A DNA stretch of 59,178 nt, the filler included. It is 4 parts of 4 records of this genome, joined end to end, with 100 filler letters (N's around TTAATTAATTAA, not from the genome) between each part and the next. Parts side by side here need not be neighbours in the genome. Positions count along the whole stretch, not along the records: positions 1 to 11,741 come from SRR20825006_2686; positions 11,842 to 39,859 come from SRR20825006_2691; 2 more parts are not named here. The stretch is one strand, 5' to 3'. Shown here one piece after another: positions 7,638 to 18,236 of this stretch; positions within the stretch are counted from its first letter, which is position 1, and the number at the start of each line of letters is the position of its first letter. A program made the translations under genes and the position numbers. The notes beneath the pieces are model-generated. The model did not search any database and was not told the origin of the DNA. It worked only from the letters and a program-made list of their open reading frames with translations.

Positions 7638-8753
7638 CTATTTCGTCGCTTTCAACTCGCCGCGATTGCGACGCAGTTGGCCGCAGGCGGCGTTGATTTC
7701 GTCGCCTTTGCGTTGGCGGAAATTGACGTTCACCCCGGCCGATTCCAAAATCGCTCTGAAACGTGCGATCGCCGCACCACTGGGTGTCCGGTAAGGCAAA
7801 CCCGCGACTGGATTGTATGGAATCACGTTCATCATCACGCTGCGACCACGAAGAATCTGGCTCAGCTGCCTCGCGTGTTCGTCGCCATCATTGATACCGC
7901 CCAGCAACACGTACTCGAACGTCAGTCGACGACCCGATGCATGGAAGTAGCGATCCGCGGCTTGCAGCACCGGTTCGATGCCAATTTTCCGGTTGACCGG
8001 GACCAGCTCGCTTCGCAGTTCATCATTCGGCGCGTGCAATGACACGGCCAAGTTGTAAGGGATTCCGGCCGCAGCCAATTTGTCGATCGCCGGCGGCAGG
8101 CCAACGGTGCTGATCGTGATCCGTCGCGGACTGATCCCCAAACCGTCTTCGCTGCGAGCGACATCGAGTGCCGACAAAACGCCAGGTAAGTTTGCCAGCG
8201 GTTCGCCCATGCCCATCATCACAATGTGACTGAGTCGTTCGTCGGCGGGCAATCGTTGCTGCAGACGCAGCATTTGTTCCAAGATCTCGCCACCGGTCAA
8301 ATTGCGATCAACGCCATCCAGTCCACTGGCACAGAACACACATCCCATCGCGCATCCGACTTGGCTGCTGACGCAAATGCTGCGTCGCGGACCGTCTCGC
8401 AAGAGCACGCATTCGACTTCGCCACCGTCCGCCAACCGGACCAGAATTTTCTCGGTGCCATCTTTGGACTTTGACACGACGGCTTCGGTCGCGTTGAAGA
8501 TCGCAAAATGCTCTTCCAGTTGAGCCCGAAGCTTGGCGGGCAAGTCCGTCATTTCCTCGAACGAGGTGGCTCGTCCAGAAAACAGCCAACGTCGAATTTG
8601 CTTGGCCCGAAAAGGTTTTTGTCCCTGTTCCTGAAGCCAATCTTTGAGCTGGTCGAGCGACCAATTCAGCAAGTGGTTTTTACGGGGGCCGGTGGACTCC
8701 GAATCGGTGGTCGTGACGAGAGGCAGTGAGACCATCGGAGTCAGGCAAATCAA
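7638..8753 (-). CDS. rlmN: 23S rRNA m2A2503 / tRNA A37 radical-SAM methyltransferase RlmN
   Basis: 'CVSSQVGCAMGCVFC' CxxxCxxC, 'MGMGEPLAN', 'SLHAPN' and 'AACGQL'. Confidence 0.96.
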   Translation of the reverse strand: MICLTPMVSLPLVTTTDSESTGPRKNHLLNWSLDQLKDWLQEQGQKPFRAKQIRRWLFSGRATSFEEMTDLPAKLRAQLEEHFAIFNATEAVVSKSKDGTEKILVRLADGGEVECVLLRDGPRRSICVSSQVGCAMGCVFCASGLDGVDRNLTGGEILEQMLRLQQRLPADERLSHIVMMGMGEPLANLPGVLSALDVARSEDGLGISPRRITISTVGLPPAIDKLAAAGIPYNLAVSLHAPNDELRSELVPVNRKIGIEPVLQAADRYFHASGRRLTFEYVLLGGINDGDEHARQLSQILRGRSVMMNVIPYNPVAGLPYRTPSGAAIARFRAILESAGVNVNFRQRKGDEINAACGQLRRNRGELKATK

Positions 8754-8892
8754 AAGGAGGAAAGCGGCGGTGTGAGGTGGATCCGTCGTGGCTTTCCCAT
8801 CAGACGCTTCGCTGGCCGGGAACGCAAATGGAATTCACCGCCAACTCAATCATGGCCGGTGAAAAACATTGCCAGCGAACTGAACCGGTGCG

Positions 8893-9555
8893 TCAGGGTT
8901 GGACGCTCAGACGGTTGTCGACTCGAGAAACGCCCGGTTCCAAACGCATCAGCAATTCGGTCATCCGACGATCGGATTCGTTGCGGACCGTACCGCTCAG
9001 TGTTGCTGTGCGATCTTGGACCTGAACATTCACTCCATCATACCGATTGGATTGAGAATTCATACGGCCGGGCAAGTTACCATTGATCGTGGTGAGATTC
9101 GATGTGCCTTGCAAACGCGAGGACGCATACTGCTGCACACGACCCGACTCGAGCGGTGCAACTTCAACGGCACTACGAAGTCGAGTTCGAATCGGTGGAG
9201 TCGATGTGTTGCCACGAGCCGCGTTGCCGCCGCCGAACAAGTTGCCAAACGCGGCTCCCAGTCCGCCGCCACCAAATCCGCCCCCGCCACCAAATGCTCC
9301 CCCGCCGCCACCACCACCGGCCTGAGACACCGCGGATGCACCGACAGGAGTGGACGTATTGGCGCCGACGGCTCCGGTTCGCTGGACGCCTTGACTGAAC
9401 ACCGCGTCAGGATCCAAACCTTGTGTGATGGTTCCTTCCGCCTGGCCGTTCGCACCGCCGCCGCTATCGTCCGGCTGTGCCATAGCAGTCGAGCCCAGAG
9501 CGATCCATAGAGTGGAAGCGGCCAGGCACGCTACAATTTGAGACGTTCGTTTCAT
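8893..9555 (-). CDS. exported BON-domain protein with Gly/Phe-rich low-complexity region
   Basis: Signal peptide (…STAMAQ), poly-Gly region and C-terminal BON 'VNVQVQDRTATLSGTV…LEPGVSRVDNRLSV'. Confidence 0.8.
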   Translation of the reverse strand: MKRTSQIVACLAASTLWIALGSTAMAQPDDSGGGANGQAEGTITQGLDPDAVFSQGVQRTGAVGANTSTPVGASAVSQAGGGGGGGAFGGGGGFGGGGLGAAFGNLFGGGNAARGNTSTPPIRTRLRSAVEVAPLESGRVQQYASSRLQGTSNLTTINGNLPGRMNSQSNRYDGVNVQVQDRTATLSGTVRNESDRRMTELLMRLEPGVSRVDNRLSVQP

Positions 9556-9648
9556 GCGACTATCGCTCGGTGGACGTTGGGTTTCGGATACGATTGGGGT
9601 GTGACCCTTCTCCTCTGATTGTAGCTAGACCCCAAGAGCTCGTCCAAA

Positions 9649-11646
9649 ATGAATCCCCTTCGATCCCCGCGTTTCGGCCGCTCATTTGCACCGAAGTTTC
9701 CAGTTGTAACGTTGATGATGCCCCTCGCGTGCCTTTTGGTTGCAACCGCGTGGCTGTCATCGCCATCGGTTGCCTTCGCTCAAAGCTCAGCGACGGACAG
9801 CGAAAGCCGAACCACCGTGCCTGCGCCGCGGCTATTGCCGTCGGGCACCCTGGCCTACTTGCGAATCGATGACGTCAACGACATTCGCGAAGATTGGGGC
9901 GAATCCTCGCTGGGGAAAATGCTGAACGATCCCAAGATGCGTCCCTTCGTTTCGGACATCTATCAAATTCTCACTGATCTGTTTGAAAAGCCCGGCAAAG
10001 AAATGGGGCTGACGCTCGACGAGCTTCGCTCGCTTCCGCAAGGTCAGGTCGCGATCGCTCTTCTCGAGGGGCCACCACCGGAAGAAAAGACCGACGAGGA
10101 GAAAGCGGATGAGGAAGAAGACGATGATGCCATTGCACGTCGCTTGCGAAACAAACGACGTCAGCAGAACTCTTTCGCTTTGGCGATCATGATCGATGCC
10201 GGTTCAAACAACAAAGAAATGGAAACCCTGGTTGAACGCCTGATGGGCCTGGCGGAGAAGAATCGCATGATCATTCAGAACGAACAGATTGGTTCAATCG
10301 AGCTGACGAGATTGGTCCGTCAACGTGGTGATGGCGATGTCATTGAATGGTTTGAACAAGATGGCTTTTACGTCATTGGATTGGGACGAACGATCGCTCA
10401 GTCGATTGCGAAGAAAATGAATGATGAGCTGCGTGATACCAGCCAGTCATCCGGGCGTTCACGACGCACCGTGAAAACGACTTCTGCTGATTCGGAGACG
10501 CTCGCACAAAACGCAGACTTCATTGCCGTGATGAGCCGATCGATTGGCGCCGAAGCCGAGATCCCGCAGATCACATTCTTCGTCAATCCTTATGGCATCG
10601 CGAAACGAATCATCGCGAGAAGTGGATCGGCGTTCTTTATCGCGCCAATCGTCCAAGACCTCGGCATCGAAAAAATTCGTGGGATCGGTGGCAGCCTTTT
10701 CCGCGGCGGTGAGATCGTCGAGTCGATTGGTCACATGCACGTGTTGATCGATCCACCACGAGATGGTTTCTTTGGCGTGCTGCGTCCGGAAGACATCGAA
10801 GTCTCACCACCGGTTTGGGTTCCGGCCGACGCGGCCAGTTTCACTTGCGTGGGCTGGGATATCGAAACCGCGTTTGAAAACGTTGGGAAAATCGTCAACC
10901 GTTTCGCCGGCGAGGGCAGTTTCGAGAAAAACACCGAGAAGCCAGCGAAAGAGCGTTTCGATTTGTCGCTCAAAGAAGAGGTGCTCCCTTTGATGACCGG
11001 TCGCGTTGTCACGATCCAACGCTATCAGTTGCCCGCCAACTGGAATTCGATGGCACGGGCAATCGCGATCGAAGTCAAAGATGCCAAGGAAGCGGACAAG
11101 TTGCTCGAGCGAGTCAAAGCCAAAGTACCACCGCAACGAATGAAACCCGAGGTTCTTCGCGGCAAAACGGCTTACTTCTCTGAACAACGTCAATTTGATC
11201 AACCTGGCATCCGGGTGCCTGAAAACAGCGTAATGTTGCTCGGCAATTGGTTGCTGTTCTGCGACAGTCGCGAAGTGTTGCAGCAAGTGCTGCGTGCTGA
11301 GGCCGGTGAAATTGATCGCTTGGCAGACGACGAAGACTACGTGCTGCTGACGAGTGAACTTGGGGCCAAGTTGGAAGGCGAAACGCCGTTCCTTTTTCAG
11401 TTCAATCGCGATGCCGAGACGTATCGGATCCTGTACGAAATGGCTAACTCGGATGAAACCGCACAGTCGGTCGAGAATCGAGGCGGCGACAATCCCATGG
11501 CACGTCGCGTTGCCGAACTGATGCGGCGAGATGATTGGCCGAAGTGGGAGGAATTGGAAAAGTATTTCAGCGTCAGCGGCATCTTCGGCTATGACGAACC
11601 AGGCGGCATCCACATCGGTTCCATGAATCTTCGCCCGATCGAGTGA
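9649..11646 (+). CDS. large exported hypothetical protein (DUF3352-like, planctomycete family)
   Basis: 665-aa ORF with a signal peptide (…SVAFAQ) and the 'APRLLPSGTLAYLRI' N-terminal motif typical of DUF3352-like proteins. Family call tentative. Confidence 0.65.
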   Translation: MNPLRSPRFGRSFAPKFPVVTLMMPLACLLVATAWLSSPSVAFAQSSATDSESRTTVPAPRLLPSGTLAYLRIDDVNDIREDWGESSLGKMLNDPKMRPFVSDIYQILTDLFEKPGKEMGLTLDELRSLPQGQVAIALLEGPPPEEKTDEEKADEEEDDDAIARRLRNKRRQQNSFALAIMIDAGSNNKEMETLVERLMGLAEKNRMIIQNEQIGSIELTRLVRQRGDGDVIEWFEQDGFYVIGLGRTIAQSIAKKMNDELRDTSQSSGRSRRTVKTTSADSETLAQNADFIAVMSRSIGAEAEIPQITFFVNPYGIAKRIIARSGSAFFIAPIVQDLGIEKIRGIGGSLFRGGEIVESIGHMHVLIDPPRDGFFGVLRPEDIEVSPPVWVPADAASFTCVGWDIETAFENVGKIVNRFAGEGSFEKNTEKPAKERFDLSLKEEVLPLMTGRVVTIQRYQLPANWNSMARAIAIEVKDAKEADKLLERVKAKVPPQRMKPEVLRGKTAYFSEQRQFDQPGIRVPENSVMLLGNWLLFCDSREVLQQVLRAEAGEIDRLADDEDYVLLTSELGAKLEGETPFLFQFNRDAETYRILYEMANSDETAQSVENRGGDNPMARRVAELMRRDDWPKWEELEKYFSVSGIFGYDEPGGIHIGSMNLRPIE

Positions 11647-11712
11647 GTCGCCCAGCCGAGTATTCAAGTTTGTCTCGGAGGCCATCGATTCAACGAGCGA
11701 TTGCCTCTTCTA

Positions 11713-11741
11713 GTAGGCCGGATCAAGCCGCTTCGGCGCCG
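11713..11741 (+). repeat. GTAG-type REP element truncated at the contig end
   Basis: GTAGGCCGGATCAAGCCGCTTCGGCGCCG resembles the enterobacterial REP start GTAGGCCGGATAAGGCG. The contig stops inside it. Confidence 0.55.
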
Positions 11742-11841
11742 NNNNNNNNNNNNNNNNNNNNNNNNNNNNNNNNNNNNNNNNNNNNTTAATTAATTAANNN
11801 NNNNNNNNNNNNNNNNNNNNNNNNNNNNNNNNNNNNNNNNN
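11742..11841. other. artificial contig linker
   Basis: 44 N + TTAATTAATTAA (stops in all frames) + 44 N. Composition and taxon change across it. Confidence 0.98.
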
Positions 11842-11874
11842 ATGGTCGTAGCGGTGTGATGTAGGTAGCTTGCC
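11842..11874 (+). ncRNA. ffs: probable 3' end of small SRP RNA (4.5S), truncated by contig start
   Basis: GGTCGTAGCGGTGTGATGTAGGTAGCTTGCC followed by a T-run resembles, from recall, the 3' strand of Bacteroidota SRP RNAs. The diagnostic helix-8 loop is outside the contig. Confidence 0.45.
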
Positions 11875-11923
11875 TTTTTTTATGCCCTAATATTACGTAT
11901 TTTCCCCGCTCTAAATTATTAAT

Positions 11924-12727
11924 ATGTCTCAAGTAGTCTTGATCACAGGAGCCTCTTCAGGAATCGGGAAATCTATCGCAGAATTTTTAGTTCCCAAAGG
12001 TTTTATCGTTTACGGCACAAGCCGAAGCCCAAAAAATGAACTCGTAAATGGAGTGCATTTTCTTGCCTTAGATGTAACACAAGGTGAAACGGTTAAAGCT
12101 GCTGTAGCTGCAGTGCTTACCAAAGAGTCGCGCATTGATGTACTTATCAATAATGCCGGAAAGGGAATTACCGGTCCTTTAGAAGAAATTCCGGAGGAAG
12201 AGCTCAAATCTATTTTTGAAACAAATTATTTTGGTCCGTTAAAAGTCATTAAAGCGGTTTTACCTGCAATGCGTGAGCAGCGCAGCGGACTCATCATTAA
12301 CGTTACGTCTATTGCGGGGTATATGGGATTACCGTATCGTAGCGCATATTCTGCAACTAAAGGCGCATTAGGATTGACCACCGAAGCCTTAAGAATGGAA
12401 TTGAAAGAGTTTAATATAAAACTCACCAATGTAGCTCCCGGAGATTTTGCGACGAATATTGCTTCCGGGCGCTATCACGCACCTTTAAAGGAAACTTCAC
12501 CGTATAAAGAAAACTACGGCAAATCACTCGCTTTAATGGATGAGCACGTAGATCACGGTGAGGATCCTCAGAAAATGGGTGAGGCCGTTTATGCAATTAT
12601 CACCGGAAAAGAACCAAAAGTGCACTACAAAGTAGGTGCATTTATGCAAAAGATTTCTGTTTTTCTCAAAGGTGTGCTGCCGAGCAAAATCTATGAGCGT
12701 TTGCTGCTCAATCACTATAAATTGTAG
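11924..12727 (+). CDS. SDR family oxidoreductase
   Basis: TGASSGIG, NNAG and catalytic 'YSATK' (YxxxK). Confidence 0.92.
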   Translation: MSQVVLITGASSGIGKSIAEFLVPKGFIVYGTSRSPKNELVNGVHFLALDVTQGETVKAAVAAVLTKESRIDVLINNAGKGITGPLEEIPEEELKSIFETNYFGPLKVIKAVLPAMREQRSGLIINVTSIAGYMGLPYRSAYSATKGALGLTTEALRMELKEFNIKLTNVAPGDFATNIASGRYHAPLKETSPYKENYGKSLALMDEHVDHGEDPQKMGEAVYAIITGKEPKVHYKVGAFMQKISVFLKGVLPSKIYERLLLNHYKL

Positions 12728-12807
12728 ATTGAAGGTTAATTTAGTGTAAAATCAACACTTAACAGGTTTTAAACGTGTTGTTCTTAAATATTAACGATTA
12801 TATTGCG

Positions 12808-12815
12808 TAATTTTG
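12808..12815 (+). promoter_or_regulatory. Bacteroidota -7 promoter element TAnnTTTG
   Basis: TAATTTTG, 33 bp before the transaldolase start. Confidence 0.55.
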
Positions 12816-12848
12816 AACAACAAATATTAGATAATCTAAATTCTTCAC

Positions 12849-13505
12849 ATGAAATTTTTTATTGATACAGCAAATCTTGATCAGATTAAAGAAGCTCAAG
12901 AACTAGGTGTTCTTGACGGGGTAACTACTAATCCATCTTTGATGGCTAAAGAAGGTATTACCGGGAGAGAAAATATTTTAAAACACTATGTTGACATCTG
13001 TAACTTAGTTGACGGTGATGTAAGTGCAGAAGTTATTGCTACTGACATTGACGGAATGATCAAAGAAGGTGAAGAGTTAGCGGCACTTCACGAGCAGATC
13101 GTAGTTAAAATACCTATGATCAAAGACGGTATTAAAGCTTTAAAATACTTTAGCGATAAAGGAATTAAAAGCAACTGTACACTAGTGTTTTCAGTAGGGC
13201 AGGCGTTGCTTGCTGCTAAAGCTGGAGCTACTTACGTATCACCATTCTTAGGACGTCTAGATGATATTTCTACAGACGGACTTCAATTGATTTCAGATAT
13301 TCGTTTGGTTTATGATAACTATGCGTTTGAAACACAAATTTTAGCCGCATCTGTACGTCACACTATGCACGTAATTGATTGCGCTAAATTAGGATCAGAT
13401 GTTATGACCGGACCATTAAGCTCTATTGAAGGTTTATTAAAACACCCTTTAACTGATATTGGTCTAGAGAAATTCTTAGCAGATTATAAGAAAGGAAATA
13501 GCTAA
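12849..13505 (+). CDS. tal: transaldolase (FSA/TalC/MipB family; often auto-annotated fsa)
   Basis: 'FFIDTA', 'GVTTNPS' and Schiff-base 'VKIP'. Glu in 'SAEV' and Phe in 'SPFLGR' indicate transaldolase rather than F6P aldolase (Gln/Tyr). Confidence 0.92.
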   Translation: MKFFIDTANLDQIKEAQELGVLDGVTTNPSLMAKEGITGRENILKHYVDICNLVDGDVSAEVIATDIDGMIKEGEELAALHEQIVVKIPMIKDGIKALKYFSDKGIKSNCTLVFSVGQALLAAKAGATYVSPFLGRLDDISTDGLQLISDIRLVYDNYAFETQILAASVRHTMHVIDCAKLGSDVMTGPLSSIEGLLKHPLTDIGLEKFLADYKKGNS

Positions 13506-13527
13506 TCCTAGCTTTTAGATAAATTAG

Positions 13528-13555
13528 AAAAGCCTGCATCGCGCAGGCTTTTTTT
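13528..13555. terminator. rho-independent terminator (likely bidirectional)
   Basis: AAAAGCCTGC-ATCGC-GCAGGCTTTTTTT between convergent genes. Confidence 0.75.
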
Positions 13556-13629
13556 ATGAATGTTCTTAAAAGGTTGTAAGACCTTTTAATTGACTGTTTC
13601 AAATGTTCACTTGCGTGATCCAATATCTG

Positions 13630-15045
13630 TTACTGATTCAATGCTTCTAAAAGTTCTTGTTCAAAGTTAGAGCTGAATATATTAGCGTGCGCGTTGATGA
13701 TAATCCCATTGCGGTCTACGATAAATGTTTTCAGCAAACTGTTTAGCGCTAGATCTTCAGCTAATTCATCAAAAGAATCTTTAAAATAATACTGTTTCGC
13801 ACTATCAAAATTGTAGCGAGAAACCGTGTTCTGCCAATTGTCATAACTATCATTGACATTTATGGCGAGGTAAGAGTACTCCGGATATTTTTGTTGTAGT
13901 GAAGAGGCAAGTTTCTGCGCTCTGATGGCGTGCGATTTTCTGGAAGATGACCAGAAGAAAATAAATGTTGGTTTATTGATAATACGTTCAAAACTTAAAG
14001 TATCATTATCAAAATTTACCAGTTTTTCGTTAGGGATACGCTTACCAGTCTCAATATTCTTGTTGGATTCGTATAGTTCCTGTATAATCACCTTGTCATC
14101 TTTAGAAGCGATGCGCTCCATATACATGTCATACAAGGTTTGTCCACCTTTTTTGTCGTTACTGTTTGCCAGGTAATCGCGTATGGTTCTGGTGAGTAGA
14201 AAGCTTTCAACAGAGTCGTTTTCGATTTGGGAATCAATCAATCGCAACTTGTGCAAATTATGTGTAAAGGATAACGGGTCGTAGGCCTCTTGCTTATAAT
14301 AATCTTTAAAGGCTGCCTGATTGAAATAATTGATCAGAAAACGCTGATAACTATAAAGCTCTAACAGACTCGCATCATTAAAATCTGCATCCTTTCTATA
14401 ATCGAAAAACGACTGCGGAAGACTTTCTAAAAATGCTACCCGGTCTACACCAAAATGCGACATTGGATAAACTTCTTTACGCGCGTAAAAATCGTAATTC
14501 ACTACGGTTTCAGCTATTTTTTCAAAATAGGCATCTGCTTCATTTTTCTTTAAAAAGTCTTGTAGAATCTTCTCACGCTCTGCCTTGAGTAAGGCGATGC
14601 TTTTGCTAAAGGTTTCCGGGTCTTGCTGATAAATCTCGTCCTGAAGCATGAGATCATTCTCGTGTTCATTAAGCAAGAAAAGTTCGACTAGTAGGTTGTT
14701 GCGCGGTGCACCAAAACCCGAAAAGGTCAAGGTTTCGTCAAACTCGTAGGTGTTCACCCGTAACATTAAACTATCGTTGGGCTCGATAAATATGATTTGC
14801 CCTTCGTTATGAAATATTTGATAGAGTCCCTCTTGGGCATTTTCAATCTTGTATAAAAAACGGTTGTTTTGATCTAACTTAATGCTGTCAATAAGCCTAT
14901 CGTTCTTGCGCAGGAGCACAAAATTAGAAGTGGGATTTACAATTTCTCCTCCCAGATACGTTCCGGATTTTGCTTTATGCGTTTGCTCAGAGCAACCTAG
15001 TAACGATAGGGATAGAAAGGTGGCTAAAAGTAGCTTAACGCTCAT
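13630..15045 (-). CDS. lipoprotein with C-terminal TlpA/thioredoxin-like domain lacking CxxC
   Basis: Lipobox 'LLGC'. C-terminal 'KPTFIFFWSSSRKSH…YLAINVND…TFIVDRNGII' follows the TlpA pattern, but the WCxxC site is replaced. Confidence 0.7.
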   Translation of the reverse strand: MSVKLLLATFLSLSLLGCSEQTHKAKSGTYLGGEIVNPTSNFVLLRKNDRLIDSIKLDQNNRFLYKIENAQEGLYQIFHNEGQIIFIEPNDSLMLRVNTYEFDETLTFSGFGAPRNNLLVELFLLNEHENDLMLQDEIYQQDPETFSKSIALLKAEREKILQDFLKKNEADAYFEKIAETVVNYDFYARKEVYPMSHFGVDRVAFLESLPQSFFDYRKDADFNDASLLELYSYQRFLINYFNQAAFKDYYKQEAYDPLSFTHNLHKLRLIDSQIENDSVESFLLTRTIRDYLANSNDKKGGQTLYDMYMERIASKDDKVIIQELYESNKNIETGKRIPNEKLVNFDNDTLSFERIINKPTFIFFWSSSRKSHAIRAQKLASSLQQKYPEYSYLAINVNDSYDNWQNTVSRYNFDSAKQYYFKDSFDELAEDLALNSLLKTFIVDRNGIIINAHANIFSSNFEQELLEALNQ

Positions 15046-15094
15046 AAAAGATTGAGATAGAGGTAATGCAATAGGTTAATTTTTAAAAATTGCT

Positions 15095-16851
<1,757 letters not shown>

Positions 16852-16868
16852 GCTATCAGCTGAATAAG

Positions 16869-16910
16869 AACAAAAAAGATCCGTGGTACAGACCACGGAT
16901 CTTTTTTGTT
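16869..16910. terminator. bidirectional rho-independent terminator
   Basis: Perfect 19-bp inverted repeat AACAAAAAAGATCCGTGGT-ACAG-ACCACGGATCTTTTTTGTT. Confidence 0.85.
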
Positions 16911-16928
16911 TTAAGAGAACGTTTGTTC

Positions 16929-17438
16929 TTACTTTTTTATAAAATGTCGTACGAGCGTAAAACCGCAGAAAACTGCAATAAAACTACTCAAGAGTATACG
17001 ATAGGTGGGCAATTCTTCTCCTTGAGTGAGCGGATACAAGCGCCATAGCGAATAAATAAGTAAAGCGGCATTTAATGCGAGATTAAAAAAAGAGCGCTTC
17101 GGCTTTTCTTCTTTTTGAATTAATGGCCGCTCGCCTTTACGCTCAGTGGTTTGCTCTTTCAAGCGGCTTTGCGTAGCCTGCTCTTCTAATTCGGCATCGG
17201 TGAACTTTGGTTCTGAAGTGGTTTTTTCGATAATATGTTTAGCTCTTAATAGGTTATCCTTTTCTACAAATAATAATACGCCGCGATCATAGTCACTGCC
17301 AAAGCCGGCACGTATGGCGCTCTCGTGATCGTTGCGAACGACGCTGCTGATACCGGCGTTTTCTAATTGTGATTTTAGGTGGTTTACATTGATTTCAGAG
17401 CCTGTATATACACGCTCATACTTTGAATCTTTAATCAT
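16929..17438 (-). CDS. DUF2007 (putative signal-transducing) domain protein with two C-terminal TM helices
   Basis: 'RVYTGSEINVNHLKSQLENAGISSVVRN…AGFG…LFV' fits DUF2007; two hydrophobic C-terminal segments. Confidence 0.7.
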   Translation of the reverse strand: MIKDSKYERVYTGSEINVNHLKSQLENAGISSVVRNDHESAIRAGFGSDYDRGVLLFVEKDNLLRAKHIIEKTTSEPKFTDAELEEQATQSRLKEQTTERKGERPLIQKEEKPKRSFFNLALNAALLIYSLWRLYPLTQGEELPTYRILLSSFIAVFCGFTLVRHFIKK

Positions 17439-18169
17439 TGTGCTTTATCATATTGACACTTCCAGATGGCGGTGTTGAAGTTTTTTCCCAATGCAAAGCC
17501 GTAGTAGATCACCACAGCGGCGATAGATTTAAACATAAAAAAGAAAACCATCACATCTTGACTTAAGCTTTGCTCCGGCGCAAACATACCGTCAGGGACT
17601 AATACCGTAGCTAAAATACTCGAAAGCATAATGGTAAAAACCAGCGTCTCAAAAGTTTTAAAAGGCCACATTAGCAATTTGCGTAATGGGTGCAGGTCAT
17701 TGCCCCATTTATGAATAAGATAATAATACCCATTACCCATTGGTGCAAATAAAAGCGGATCGTCTGTTTTGCTCAAGACAAACATTTTTGACGGAGCCAT
17801 TATTTTAAAGTTAGAAAGGCTGGTTTCATGTGCTTCTTCCAGATGCTTGATTTCGTCAAGAGCTTCCTGAGGATAGGTTCCTTTAAAAAAATGCGTGTCT
17901 AAAAACCGAAGCCTGTAGTCTACGCAAATTCTTTTAATGCTTTTTTCGTGAAATATGCGTTCTGTATCAAGCTTGTCAAAAACAAAAGCAGTTGCCGAAG
18001 CATCACCGTTTTGTTGCTTGAGCTTGTCTAAAATACGCGCATTGTTAGCGGGTGTGTTCTTAAGAAGTTGATTAACCCAGTTTATGATTTTTGATTCTCC
18101 GGCATTGGTGTTTAGACGTTGTTCACGAAGCAATTTTTCGTGAATGTTGGTTCTTTTTAACAGCATCAT
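17435..18169 (-). CDS. conserved hypothetical protein with two C-terminal TM helices
   Basis: 244-aa ORF overlapping the next gene by 4 bp. Motifs 'YRLRFLD' and 'DDPLLFAPMGNGYYYLIHKWG'. Confidence 0.7.
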   Translation of the reverse strand: MMLLKRTNIHEKLLREQRLNTNAGESKIINWVNQLLKNTPANNARILDKLKQQNGDASATAFVFDKLDTERIFHEKSIKRICVDYRLRFLDTHFFKGTYPQEALDEIKHLEEAHETSLSNFKIMAPSKMFVLSKTDDPLLFAPMGNGYYYLIHKWGNDLHPLRKLLMWPFKTFETLVFTIMLSSILATVLVPDGMFAPEQSLSQDVMVFFFMFKSIAAVVIYYGFALGKNFNTAIWKCQYDKAQ

Positions 18170-18236
18170 TCTTCTTTTTAAGTCTTAAAGTTAACTATTT
18201 GAAGACTAAAGCACAACACACCAAATGCTAAAAAAT

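Noticed and set aside
11786-11797. TTAATTAATTAA palindrome recurring three times
   Set aside because: Centre of the artificial linker (all-frame stops), not a biological repeat.
12849-13505. Fructose-6-phosphate aldolase call
   Set aside because: Active-site Glu (SAEV) and Phe (SPF) are the transaldolase-type residues.
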